From Myxococcota bacterium (GTDB lineage Bacteria > Myxococcota > UBA4151): a stretch of 14,192 nucleotides of DNA. The DNA lies in assembly GCA_040260805.1 (NCBI GenBank), contig JBDQPD010000091.1, positions 1-14,192 on the forward strand. The letters run 5' to 3'. Position 1 is the stretch's first letter; every line of letters begins with the position of its first letter. Positions 1 through 8,006 of this stretch are shown one piece after another. Under the pieces are notes generated by a model. The model saw nothing but the letters and a program-made list of their open reading frames with translations, had not been told where the DNA came from and did no database searches. Both the position numbers and the translations under genes were made by a program.

Positions 1-2159
1 ATGCCGGCGCTCGGGCCGTCTTTGGGCACCGCGCCCGCCGGAAAGTGCACGTGCAGGTTGTGCTGCTCGAGCACCGCCTGCGGGATCCCTAATTCTTCGT
101 TGCGAGAGCGCACGTAGCTCAGCGCGATCTCGACGCTCTCCTTCATGACCTGGCGCAAGTTGCCGGTCACCCGGACCATGCCTTTGCCCGGCATTAAGGT
201 CGTCTCGATCAATAAGACGTCGCCGCCTGATGGCGTCCAGGCGAGACCGACGGCAATGCCGGGGCGCTTGAGGCGCTGCTCGGTGAGCTCACTAAAGCGA
301 GGAGGTCCGAGCCAGTCGTGCAGCTCGCCAGCCTCGACCTTGAGCGGCGCCTCGGCTTCTTCCATCACCAGCTTGGCGGTCGCCTTGCGCGCCAGCGCTT
401 GGACGTGGCGGTTGAGGTCGCGCACGCCGGACTCTCGGGTGTAGCCTTGGATCACCTTGCGCAGCGTGGCGGCGGGGATCTGAAGCTCGGTACGGTGCAG
501 CGCATGCTCTTTGAGCGCCTTGGGCACCAGGTAGCGTCGCGCGATCTGGAGCTTTTGCTCGGGGATGTAACCATCGAGCGTGACGATCTCCATGCGGTCG
601 TAGAGCGGCTTGGGGATTTTGCCGATGTCGTTGGCGGTGGCGATGAACAAGACCTTGGACAAGTCGCAGGCGACGTCGAGGTAGTGGTCCTGGAAGTCGT
701 GGTTCTGGGACGGGTCGAGCACCTCAAGCATAGCGCTCGAGGGGTCGCCGCGCCAGTCCGAGCCGAGCTTATCGATCTCATCGAGCACGAACACCGGGTT
801 GACCGAGCCGGCTCGCTTGAGCCCCTGGATGATCTTGCCGGGCATGGCGCCCACGTAGGTGCGGCGATGCCCCTTGATCTCTGCCTCGTCGCGCATGCCG
901 CCCAGGCTGACCCGGTGCAGGTTGCGACCGAGCGCTTCGGCGACCGACAGCGCAATGCTGGTCTTGCCCGTGCCCGGGGGCCCTGCCAGGCAAAGGATCG
1001 AGCCTTTATGCTCGGGGTTGCGAATCCGAACCGCTAAGAACTCGAGCAGACGCTCTTTGATCCGCTCCAGACCGTAGTGGTGTTTATCGAGGATCTTACG
1101 GGTCCGCTTGAGGTCCAGATGGTCTTGGGTCTCGACGCCCCACGGCACATCGGTCAGCCACTCAAGGTAGTTGCGCAGCATGTTGTACTCGGTCGCCTCG
1201 GGGCTGAGCTGCGCTAAGCGCCCGAGCTCTTGCTTGCCCTTTTCACGAACCTCTTCGGGGACCCCTTCGGCGGCGAGCGCTTCGCCGAGGCGTTCGAGTT
1301 CGACCTCGCGTTCGTCACGCTCTTCGCCAAGCTCACGGCGCATCAATTTGATCTGCTCGCGGATCATGTACTCGCGCTGGCTCTGCTCAATCTTCTCGTG
1401 GATCTCGCGGTGAAGGCGCTCGCCGAGCTCAGCCATCTCGCGCTCCCGACCGAGGTAGATGAGCGCGAGCTCGACCCGGTTGCGGACCTCGGTGGTCTCG
1501 AGCAGGCGCTGCCGCTCCGCTTTCTTTTTCAAAAAGTTGGCGCCGGCGAAGTCAGCGAGCGGTCCAGCGCCTTCGAGTTGGGCGACAAAATCGCCAGCCT
1601 CGTCGGGCAGATCAGGCCGCATGCGGATCAGCTCTTGCACCTCGTGCATCAGCCGCTGCCTGAGGACCTCGAGCTCTTTGGTCTCGACCTCGTCGCGTGC
1701 GCCCACCTCAGGCGGATAGTCGACCTTGGCGACCAGCAGCGTGTCGGAGCGACGAAAGCGCTCCAGGTAGAAGCGACGTCCGGTTTGGCACAACAGACGC
1801 AGCCCATCGTCGGGCAGGCGCAACACCCGCACCACTCGGGCGAGCACGCCCATCCGGTACAGCTGATCCGGTAAGGCTTGTTCCGGGTGGTCATCGCTGC
1901 TGCGGTCTTCTTTGATCGTAACAAAACCCAAGGTGCGCCCACCATCGAGCACTTGGTCAGCCACCGTGCGCGCGTCTCCGGTCGGCGGGACATCGACGGG
2001 AACGAGCATCCCGGGAAAGATCACCGCATCATCTAACGGGTATAAGATCAGGTTGTCCGGGGCGTCGTCTGCCAGCGAGGTGAGCGAAGCATCCGACCAT
2101 GCGTCCTCAATCTGTTCGAGAATCTCAAGGTCATCATCGTTGTGGAATTCGTCGTGCAC
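1..2159 (-). CDS. lon: ATP-dependent Lon protease (LonA/endopeptidase La), 3' end truncated by window edge
   Basis: Manual minus-strand translation: GTG at 2159-2157 with SD AAGGAG (2171-2166). In the same frame: N-domain LYPLDDAVIFPGMLVP, QREYMIREQIK, YLEWLTDVPW, HYGLERIKERLLEFLAV, Walker A ILCLAGPPGTGKT (~998-960), pore loop GHRRTYVGAMPGK, Walker B NPVFVLDEIDK (~800-768), and catalytic-Ser motif LHVHFPAGAVPKDGPSAG (56-3). Confidence 0.97.
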   Translation of the reverse strand, partial: MHDEFHNDDDLEILEQIEDAWSDASLTSLADDAPDNLILYPLDDAVIFPGMLVPVDVPPTGDARTVADQVLDGGRTLGFVTIKEDRSSDDHPEQALPDQLYRMGVLARVVRVLRLPDDGLRLLCQTGRRFYLERFRRSDTLLVAKVDYPPEVGARDEVETKELEVLRQRLMHEVQELIRMRPDLPDEAGDFVAQLEGAGPLADFAGANFLKKKAERQRLLETTEVRNRVELALIYLGREREMAELGERLHREIHEKIEQSQREYMIREQIKLMRRELGEERDEREVELERLGEALAAEGVPEEVREKGKQELGRLAQLSPEATEYNMLRNYLEWLTDVPWGVETQDHLDLKRTRKILDKHHYGLERIKERLLEFLAVRIRNPEHKGSILCLAGPPGTGKTSIALSVAEALGRNLHRVSLGGMRDEAEIKGHRRTYVGAMPGKIIQGLKRAGSVNPVFVLDEIDKLGSDWRGDPSSAMLEVLDPSQNHDFQDHYLDVACDLSKVLFIATANDIGKIPKPLYDRMEIVTLDGYIPEQKLQIARRYLVPKALKEHALHRTELQIPAATLRKVIQGYTRESGVRDLNRHVQALARKATAKLVMEEAEAPLKVEAGELHDWLGPPRFSELTEQRLKRPGIAVGLAWTPSGGDVLLIETTLMPGKGMVRVTGNLRQVMKESVEIALSYVRSRNEELGIPQAVLEQHNLHVHFPAGAVPKDGPSAG

Positions 2160-2160
2160 G

Positions 2161-2210
2161 CCGCGCTCCTTGGTCGTCACCAAACTGTGCACGCAACCAC
2201 CAAGGCGCAA
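2161..2210 (-). promoter_or_regulatory. Imperfect hairpin in lon 5' leader pairing over the Shine-Dalgarno
   Basis: mRNA reads UUGCGCCUUGGUGGUUGC-GUGCACAGUUUG-GUGACGACCAAGGAGCGCGG. CCUUGGU pairs with ACCAAGG and GCG with CGC, covering SD AAGGAG. Confidence 0.4.
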
Positions 2211-2297
2211 GTCCCTCAATGCAATACAAGTCGCTTGAAAGGCCTTGGCCAGTGGCCGTGGCCGCTCGGACAAATGTGCGATCGCGGTGGTTTCCCT

Positions 2298-2326
2298 TTG
2301 ACACCACTTTACCCCCTCCGTAACAG
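2298..2326 (+). promoter_or_regulatory. Putative sigma70/sigmaA promoter of the str-S10-spc operon
   Basis: Perfect -35 TTGACA (2298-2303), 17-nt spacer, degenerate -10 TAACAG (2321-2326), about 80 nt upstream of rpsL. Confidence 0.5.
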
Positions 2327-2329
2327 GAC

Positions 2330-2388
2330 CGCCCGCTGACTGGGGTGAACCCGGCAGTGGTGCCCGTGCGAGCGGGCGACTGTAATGG
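2330..2388 (+). promoter_or_regulatory. Structured 5' leader of rpsL
   Basis: CGCCCGCT (2330-2337) pairs with AGCGGGCG (2381-2388), enclosing ACTG-GGG-TGAA-CCC-GG-CAGT (2339-2358). Confidence 0.4.
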
Positions 2389-2405
2389 TAGTGAACGGAG
2401 CAAAG

Positions 2406-2780
2406 ATGCCGACGATTAACCAGTTGGTGCGCAAGGGTCGCAAGAAGCGCGTGGAAAAAAGCGCTAGCCCTGCACTCAAAAAATGTCCTCAGCGGCGTGG
2501 AGTCTGCACCCGCGTGTACACGACCACCCCCAAGAAGCCGAACTCGGCGCTGCGTAAAGTAGCTCGTGTCCGTCTGACCAGTGGCTTGGAAGTCACCAGT
2601 TATATCCCCGGTGAGGGGCATAACTTGCAGGAGCACTCCGTGGTCCTGATCCGTGGCGGTCGTGTGAAGGATTTGCCTGGTGTTCGCTACCACATCATCC
2701 GCGGCAAGCTCGATGCAACCGGTGTTGACGATCGTCGTCAAGGTCGTTCGAAGTACGGCGCCAAGCGCCCGAAGAAATAA
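2406..2780 (+). CDS. rpsL: 30S ribosomal protein S12
   Basis: [11 protein letters not shown]...[19 protein letters not shown]...[11 protein letters not shown]. Start moved to ATG 2406 (canonical N-terminus, GGAG at 2397-2400). Confidence 0.99.
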   Translation: MPTINQLVRKGRKKRVEKSASPALKKCPQRRGVCTRVYTTTPKKPNSALRKVARVRLTSGLEVTSYIPGEGHNLQEHSVVLIRGGRVKDLPGVRYHIIRGKLDATGVDDRRQGRSKYGAKRPKK

Positions 2781-2789
2781 GGAGACGAC

Positions 2790-3260
2790 ATGAGTCGCCG
2801 AGGTGGAATTCAAAAACGCGAGGTTATCCCAGACGCACGCTACCGCGATAAGCTGGTTGCCCGCCTGATCTCCTACATGATGCTTGATGGTAAGAAGTCC
2901 GTAGCCGAGGGGATTGTCTACGGGGCCTTTGATATCATTCAAGACAAGCTTGGTGAGGAGCCTGTCGGCGTCTTCAAGCAAGCCCTTGAGAACATTCGTC
3001 CCAACTACGAAGTCAAAAGCCGCCGAGTCGGTGGTGCATCGTATCAGGTGCCCGTTGAGGTTCGTCCTGGTCGTCGCACCGCGTTGGCGCTTCGCTGGTT
3101 GATCTCTTTCTCTCGCAAGCGCAACGAACGCACCATGCGTCAACGTCTGGCGTTCGAGTTGATCGAAGCCTTCGAAGAAAAAGGCGGATCGGTGAAGAAG
3201 AAAGACGACACCCACCGTATGGCAGAAGCCAACAAGGCTTTCGCTCACTACCGCTGGTAG
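2790..3260 (+). CDS. rpsG: 30S ribosomal protein S7
   Basis: MSRRG...[12 protein letters not shown]...[18 protein letters not shown]...[23 protein letters not shown] overlaps the rpsL stop. Confidence 0.99.
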   Translation: MSRRGGIQKREVIPDARYRDKLVARLISYMMLDGKKSVAEGIVYGAFDIIQDKLGEEPVGVFKQALENIRPNYEVKSRRVGGASYQVPVEVRPGRRTALALRWLISFSRKRNERTMRQRLAFELIEAFEEKGGSVKKKDDTHRMAEANKAFAHYRW

Positions 3261-3305
3261 AAACTAACCTTTTGCTGCCCGGTTCGCTGGGCGATGAGAA
3301 CCGTC

Positions 3306-5393
3306 ATGGCACGCGACATTCCCTTAGAACGCACACGTAATATTGGCATCATGGCTCACATCGATGCCGGTAAAACCACCACCACTGAGCGTATCCTGTA
3401 CTACACGGGTAAGTCGCATAAAATTGGTGAGGTTCATGACGGCGCTGCGACCATGGATTGGATGGAGCAAGAGCAAGAGCGGGGTATTACCATCACCTCG
3501 GCTGCGACCACCTGTTTCTGGAATGATCATCGAGTGAACATCATCGATACGCCTGGACACGTTGACTTCACGATTGAAGTCGAGCGTTCGCTGCGTGTCC
3601 TCGATGGCGCTGTGTGTGTGTTTGATGGCGTGGCGGGTGTGGAGCCTCAGTCGGAAACGGTCTGGCGTCAGGCTGACCGTTACGGTGTCCCGCGCTTCTG
3701 CTTCATCAACAAGTTGGATCGCACTGGCGCCGACTTCTTCTTCTGTGTCGACACCATCATCGATCGTTTGGGTGCCAACCCGGCGGTGATGCAGCTGCCG
3801 ATCGGTAAAGAGTCTGACTTCGTGGGTATGGTCGACTTGGTCAAGATGAAAGCCTTGATCTGGACGGGCGAAGACCTTGGCGCGGCGTACGACGAAGTGG
3901 ACATTCCCGCCGAGTACGCAGACCAAGCCGACGAGTACCGTGAGAAGCTGATCGATGCCGTCTCTGGTGCTATGGATGATGCGACCATGGAGCGGTACCT
4001 CGAAGAGGGCGACATCGATATGGAGAGCCTCAAAGACGCCGTGCGAGCCACGTGCCTTGATGGCTCTGCGATTCCGGTCTTCTTGGGGACAGCGTTCAAG
4101 AACAAGGGTGTTCAGCCTTTGCTTGACGCGGTGATCGATTACCTGCCTAGCCCGGTGGATATTCCTCCGGTCGTCGGCACGGACCCTGATGACGAAGAGA
4201 TTCAGATCGAGCGCCCAGCGGACGACACCGCGCCGTTCTCGGCGCTTGCCTTCAAGATCATGAACGATCCGTTTGTGGGATCGCTGACCTTCTTCCGGGC
4301 GTACTCGGGTACGCTCGACGCAGGTAGCTACGTGCTCAATGCGTCCAAGGGTCAGAAAGAGCGCGTCGGTCGTATTTTGTTGATGCACGCTGACAAGCGT
4401 GAAGAGATCAAGACCGTCTATGCTGGCAACATCGCAGCTGCGGTGGGTCTCAAGGTGACGACGACAGGTGATAGCCTGACCGACCTTGACCAGCCCGTCA
4501 TCCTCGAGTCGATGTACTTCCCTGATCCGGTGATTTCGGTCGCCGTGGAAGCAAAGACCAAAGAAGCCAGTGACAAGCTGGGTCTAGGCCTTCAGCGCTT
4601 GTCGATGGAAGATCCGTCCTTCCGTGTTCACACCGATGAAGAGACCGGACAGGTCATCATGGCGGGTATGGGCGAGCTGCACCTTGAGGTGCTCGTCGAT
4701 CGCTTGCGTCGTGAGTTCAAGGTCGAGTGCAATGTCGGCGCGCCTCAGGTTGCCTACCGCGAGACGGTGCGCAGCGCGACGAAAGCCGAAGGTAAGTTCG
4801 TGCGTCAGTCGGGTGGTCGTGGTCAGTATGGTCACGTCTGGATCGAGATGGCGCCGCAAGAGCCTGGCGAAGGCTACGAGTTTATCAATAAGATCGTCGG
4901 TGGTACGATTCCTCGTGAATTCATCTCCTCCGTGGATCAGGGTATCCAAGAGGCTTCATCCAATGGTGTGCTCGCTGGCTACCCGATGGTCGACTTCAAG
5001 GTCACCTTGTATGACGGAAGCTACCACGATGTGGACTCGAGTGAGATGGCGTTCAAGATCGCCGGATCGATGGCGTACAAGAACGCCGCAGCCAAGGCGA
5101 GCCCGGTCATTCTCGAGCCGGTGATGAAGGTCGAGATCGTCTTCCCGCCCGATTACATGGGTGACGTGATTGGCGATTTGATGTCCCGACGTGGGAAGGT
5201 GACCGGTGAAACGGTTGATCGCGGCGCCGCCAAGGTGGTCGTCGGCGAAGTGCCGCTGGCGAATATGTTCGGTTACTCCACCTCGTTGCGTTCAAAGACT
5301 CAGGGTCGCGCAAGCTACTCCATGGAGTTCGGTCATTACGACGAGGTCCCAGGTAGCGTCGCTAAAGAGATTGTCGCCAAAGCGGGCGGCTGA
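3306..5393 (+). CDS. fusA: Elongation factor G
   Basis: [60 protein letters not shown] 3306 gives the canonical MAR... N-terminus; ATG 3294 is an alternative start. Confidence 0.99.
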   Translation: MARDIPLERTRNIGIMAHIDAGKTTTTERILYYTGKSHKIGEVHDGAATMDWMEQEQERGITITSAATTCFWNDHRVNIIDTPGHVDFTIEVERSLRVLDGAVCVFDGVAGVEPQSETVWRQADRYGVPRFCFINKLDRTGADFFFCVDTIIDRLGANPAVMQLPIGKESDFVGMVDLVKMKALIWTGEDLGAAYDEVDIPAEYADQADEYREKLIDAVSGAMDDATMERYLEEGDIDMESLKDAVRATCLDGSAIPVFLGTAFKNKGVQPLLDAVIDYLPSPVDIPPVVGTDPDDEEIQIERPADDTAPFSALAFKIMNDPFVGSLTFFRAYSGTLDAGSYVLNASKGQKERVGRILLMHADKREEIKTVYAGNIAAAVGLKVTTTGDSLTDLDQPVILESMYFPDPVISVAVEAKTKEASDKLGLGLQRLSMEDPSFRVHTDEETGQVIMAGMGELHLEVLVDRLRREFKVECNVGAPQVAYRETVRSATKAEGKFVRQSGGRGQYGHVWIEMAPQEPGEGYEFINKIVGGTIPREFISSVDQGIQEASSNGVLAGYPMVDFKVTLYDGSYHDVDSSEMAFKIAGSMAYKNAAAKASPVILEPVMKVEIVFPPDYMGDVIGDLMSRRGKVTGETVDRGAAKVVVGEVPLANMFGYSTSLRSKTQGRASYSMEFGHYDEVPGSVAKEIVAKAGG

Positions 5394-5454
5394 AATTAGC
5401 TCAACTCATTAATCTAACGATTTCCAACTTTTAGAAGAATCAAGGAAACAGACA

Positions 5455-6717
5455 ATGGCTAAAGAAAAGTTTGATCGGTCCAAGCCGCATTGCAACATCG
5501 GCACCATCGGTCACGTTGATCACGGTAAGACCACCTTAACGGCGGCGATTACCCGCGTGCTGGCTGACGCTGGCTCGGCTGATTTCCAGGCCTTCGACCA
5601 GATCGATAAGGCTCCCGAAGAGCGCGAGCGTGGTATCACCATCTCGACGGCGCACGTCGAGTACTCGACCGAAGCTCGTCACTACGCCCACGTCGACTGC
5701 CCAGGTCACGCCGATTATGTGAAGAACATGATCACCGGTGCTGCCCAGATGGACGGCGCGATTTTGGTGTGCTCGGCGACCGACGGCCCGATGCCTCAGA
5801 CCCGTGAGCACATCCTGCTCGCTCGTCAGGTTGGCGTCCCGGCGTTGGTGGTCTTTCTCAACAAGTGCGACATGGTCGACGACGAAGAGCTCCTTGAGCT
5901 GGTCGAGATGGAAGTCGCTGAGCTGCTTGAGAAGTACGAGTTCCCGCGGGACGGTCAGCAGGCGCTGATCGACGCCAACGGTTACGACGGCATCCCGATG
6001 GTTCGTGGCTCGGCGCTCAAGGCGCTCGAAGGCGAAGACTCGGCGCTCGGCGCTCAGTCGGTCCAAGCGCTGATGAAGGCCGTCGATGACGTCATCCCTC
6101 AGCCTGACCGTGCGATTGACCAGCCCTTCTTGATGCCCGTCGAAGACGTGTTCTCGATTCAGGGTCGTGGTACCGTGGCAACCGGTCGCGTTGAGCGTGG
6201 TATTGTCCGTGTCTCGGAAGAGGTCGAGATCGTCGGCATCAAAGAGACCGTCAAAACCACCTGCACCGGTGTTGAGATGTTCCGTAAGCTGCTCGACGAA
6301 GGTCGCGCTGGCGACAACGTGGGTGTGCTGCTTCGTGGCACCAAGCGTGAAGACATCGAGCGCGGCCAGTGCTTGGTGGCTCCGGGCAGCGTCACGCCGC
6401 ACGGTCACTTCACCGCTGAGGTGTATATCCTGACCAAGGACGAAGGTGGTCGTCATAAGCCCTTCAAGGCGAACTACCGCCCTCAGTTCTACTTCCGCAC
6501 CACGGACGTGACGGGTACCGTCGAAAAGATCACCTCGGTGAACGGCGACGGTCTGTCGGCTGAAGAGCAGACCGAGCGCGCCGTCCTTCCGGGCGACAAC
6601 ATCGGTATGCAGATCAAGCTGATCGTGCCGGTGGCGATGGAGCAGGGTTTGACCTTCGCTATTCGTGAGGGTGGTCGCACGATCGGTTCTGGTCGCGTGG
6701 CTGAGATTCTCGACTGA
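5455..6717 (+). CDS. tuf: Elongation factor Tu (420 aa, two insertions)
   Basis: [64 protein letters not shown] upstream. Confidence 0.99.
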   Translation: MAKEKFDRSKPHCNIGTIGHVDHGKTTLTAAITRVLADAGSADFQAFDQIDKAPEERERGITISTAHVEYSTEARHYAHVDCPGHADYVKNMITGAAQMDGAILVCSATDGPMPQTREHILLARQVGVPALVVFLNKCDMVDDEELLELVEMEVAELLEKYEFPRDGQQALIDANGYDGIPMVRGSALKALEGEDSALGAQSVQALMKAVDDVIPQPDRAIDQPFLMPVEDVFSIQGRGTVATGRVERGIVRVSEEVEIVGIKETVKTTCTGVEMFRKLLDEGRAGDNVGVLLRGTKREDIERGQCLVAPGSVTPHGHFTAEVYILTKDEGGRHKPFKANYRPQFYFRTTDVTGTVEKITSVNGDGLSAEEQTERAVLPGDNIGMQIKLIVPVAMEQGLTFAIREGGRTIGSGRVAEILD

Positions 6718-6741
6718 TTTGTAACGAACGGATTTAATCCA

Positions 6742-7050
6742 ATGGCTGCTAACCGCATTCGTATCCGACTTCGAGCCTATGACGCACGTCTGCTCGACAA
6801 GTCGACCCAAGAAATCACTGAGACCGTCCGGCGGTCCGGTGCGCAGGTTGCTGGACCTATCCCGCTGCCGACCCGTATCTCGCGCTACACCGTCTTGCGT
6901 TCTCCGCACGTCAACAAGAAGAGCCGCGAACAGTTTGAAATCCGCACCCATAAGCGGCTTTTGGACATCGTCGAGCCCAGTCAGCAAACGCTAGATGCGC
7001 TGATGAAGCTTGAACTCGCAGCCGGCGTTGACGTCGAGATCAAGAGCTAG
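6742..7050 (+). CDS. rpsJ: 30S ribosomal protein S10
   Basis: [10 protein letters not shown]...GPIPLPT...[26 protein letters not shown]. Confidence 0.99.
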   Translation: MAANRIRIRLRAYDARLLDKSTQEITETVRRSGAQVAGPIPLPTRISRYTVLRSPHVNKKSREQFEIRTHKRLLDIVEPSQQTLDALMKLELAAGVDVEIKS

Positions 7051-7059
7051 GAGCTGATC

Positions 7060-7680
7060 ATGGCAACTATTGACGTGATTAACCTCCAAGGTGAGACCGT
7101 CGGCTCGATCGAGCTCGACGACGCCATCTTTGGAGCTGAAGTCAAACCACACCTGCATTGGGAAGTGGTTCGTTGGCAGCGTGCGAAGGCGCGCTCCGGA
7201 ACGCACTTGGTAAAAACTAAGTCTGAGCGTTCAGGTACAGGCGCAAAGCCTTACCGTCAGAAAGGCACCGGTAACGCCCGTCAAGGTTCGCGTCGCTCGG
7301 TACAGTTCGTCGGCGGTGGTCGTGTCCATGGTCCGCAGCAGCGTGATTATGGTTTCTCGGTCAACAAGAAGGCACGCCGCGCTGCGCTTCGCTCGGTGCT
7401 CTCGCAGTGCCTTGCGGACAACAAGCTGATGGTGGTCAAGGCTTTCGATCTGGAGACGCCTAAAACGAAGCAGCTGGTTGCGGTGCTCGGTCAAATCGGT
7501 GCCGACAATGCGGTGCTGGTTGGTGAGTCCACTGATGAGAATCTACGCTTGAGTGCTCGCAACCTGCAGGGTGTCGAGACGCTTAGCGCTGATGGCTTGA
7601 ACGTCTACTCGGTTCTTGGTCACGAGAAGCTCGTGATCAGCGAGGCAGCGGTCAAGGACATCGAGAGGAGGCTCGCATGA
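7060..7680 (+). CDS. rplD: 50S ribosomal protein L4
   Basis: KPYRQKGTGNARQGS...GGGRVHGP...VNKKARRAALRS...SARNL. SD AGGAG overlaps the rpsJ stop. Confidence 0.98.
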   Translation: MATIDVINLQGETVGSIELDDAIFGAEVKPHLHWEVVRWQRAKARSGTHLVKTKSERSGTGAKPYRQKGTGNARQGSRRSVQFVGGGRVHGPQQRDYGFSVNKKARRAALRSVLSQCLADNKLMVVKAFDLETPKTKQLVAVLGQIGADNAVLVGESTDENLRLSARNLQGVETLSADGLNVYSVLGHEKLVISEAAVKDIERRLA

Positions 7681-8006
7681 GCGCCCTTCTTCGGTTGATT
7701 GATAAGCCGATTGTAACGGAAAAAGCAGAGACCCTTCGGGATACGGAGAACGTCTACACTTTTGCGGTTGCAATCAGCGCCAATAAGCGGCAGATCGCCG
7801 CCGCTGTCCAAGCTGCCTTCGGCGTCGATGTCGATGAGGTACGCACGGCGGTGGTACGCGGTAAGAACAAGCGCGTGGGCACGATTGCAGGTCGCAAAGC
7901 GAACTGGAAGAAAGCTTACGTCAAGGTTTCTGGTGACCAAGTGATTGAAGCACTAGAGACCGCTCAGGACTTTAGTGAGGAAGCTTTAGAAGAAGCCGAA
8001 AGCTGA
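7677..8006 (+). CDS. rplW: 50S ribosomal protein L23 with acidic C-terminal tail
   Basis: PIVTEKA...YTFAV...ANKRQIAAAV...FGVDV...GKNKR...WKKAYVKV. ATGA overlap with rplD, SD GGAGG. Confidence 0.97.
   Translation: MSALLRLIDKPIVTEKAETLRDTENVYTFAVAISANKRQIAAAVQAAFGVDVDEVRTAVVRGKNKRVGTIAGRKANWKKAYVKVSGDQVIEALETAQDFSEEALEEAES

Noticed and set aside
2234..2252. CTTGAAA (sigma32 -35-like, plus strand) and TGGCCAAGGCCTTTCA (sigma54-like, minus strand)
   Set aside because: CTTGAAA faces away from lon and has no CCCCAT -10. The sigma54-like site has TC instead of the conserved GC at -12. No CIRCE or HAIR element was seen either.
145..2339. Plus-strand ORFs over lon (e.g. 318-1037, 1230-1874, 1912-2238)
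   Set aside because: They are antisense shadows of the GC-rich lon frame with no recognisable motifs, while the minus-strand frame has all the Lon motifs.
2395..2403. Short ATGGTAGTG match to 5S rRNA loop E near the end of the rpsL leader
   Set aside because: Only 9 nt and lacking the partner strand, so it is likely chance and not a 5S gene.
5394..5454. AT-rich fusA-tuf spacer as a promoter, terminator or foreign DNA
   Set aside because: No convincing -35/-10 pair or GC stem with U-tract. It is best explained as an unstructured translation-initiation region for tuf.
3324..6987. Long minus-strand ORFs (354 aa, 483 aa) opposite fusA, tuf and rpsJ, and similar ones opposite r-protein genes
   Set aside because: Typical antisense open frames caused by codon bias in highly expressed genes. 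They show no protein-family features and none resembles L3.
2406..7680. Antibiotic-resistance alleles in S12, EF-G, S10 and L4
   Set aside because: The hotspot motifs look wild type (PKKPNS, RVKDLP, DFTIE, MGELHLE, HVNK, QKGTG).
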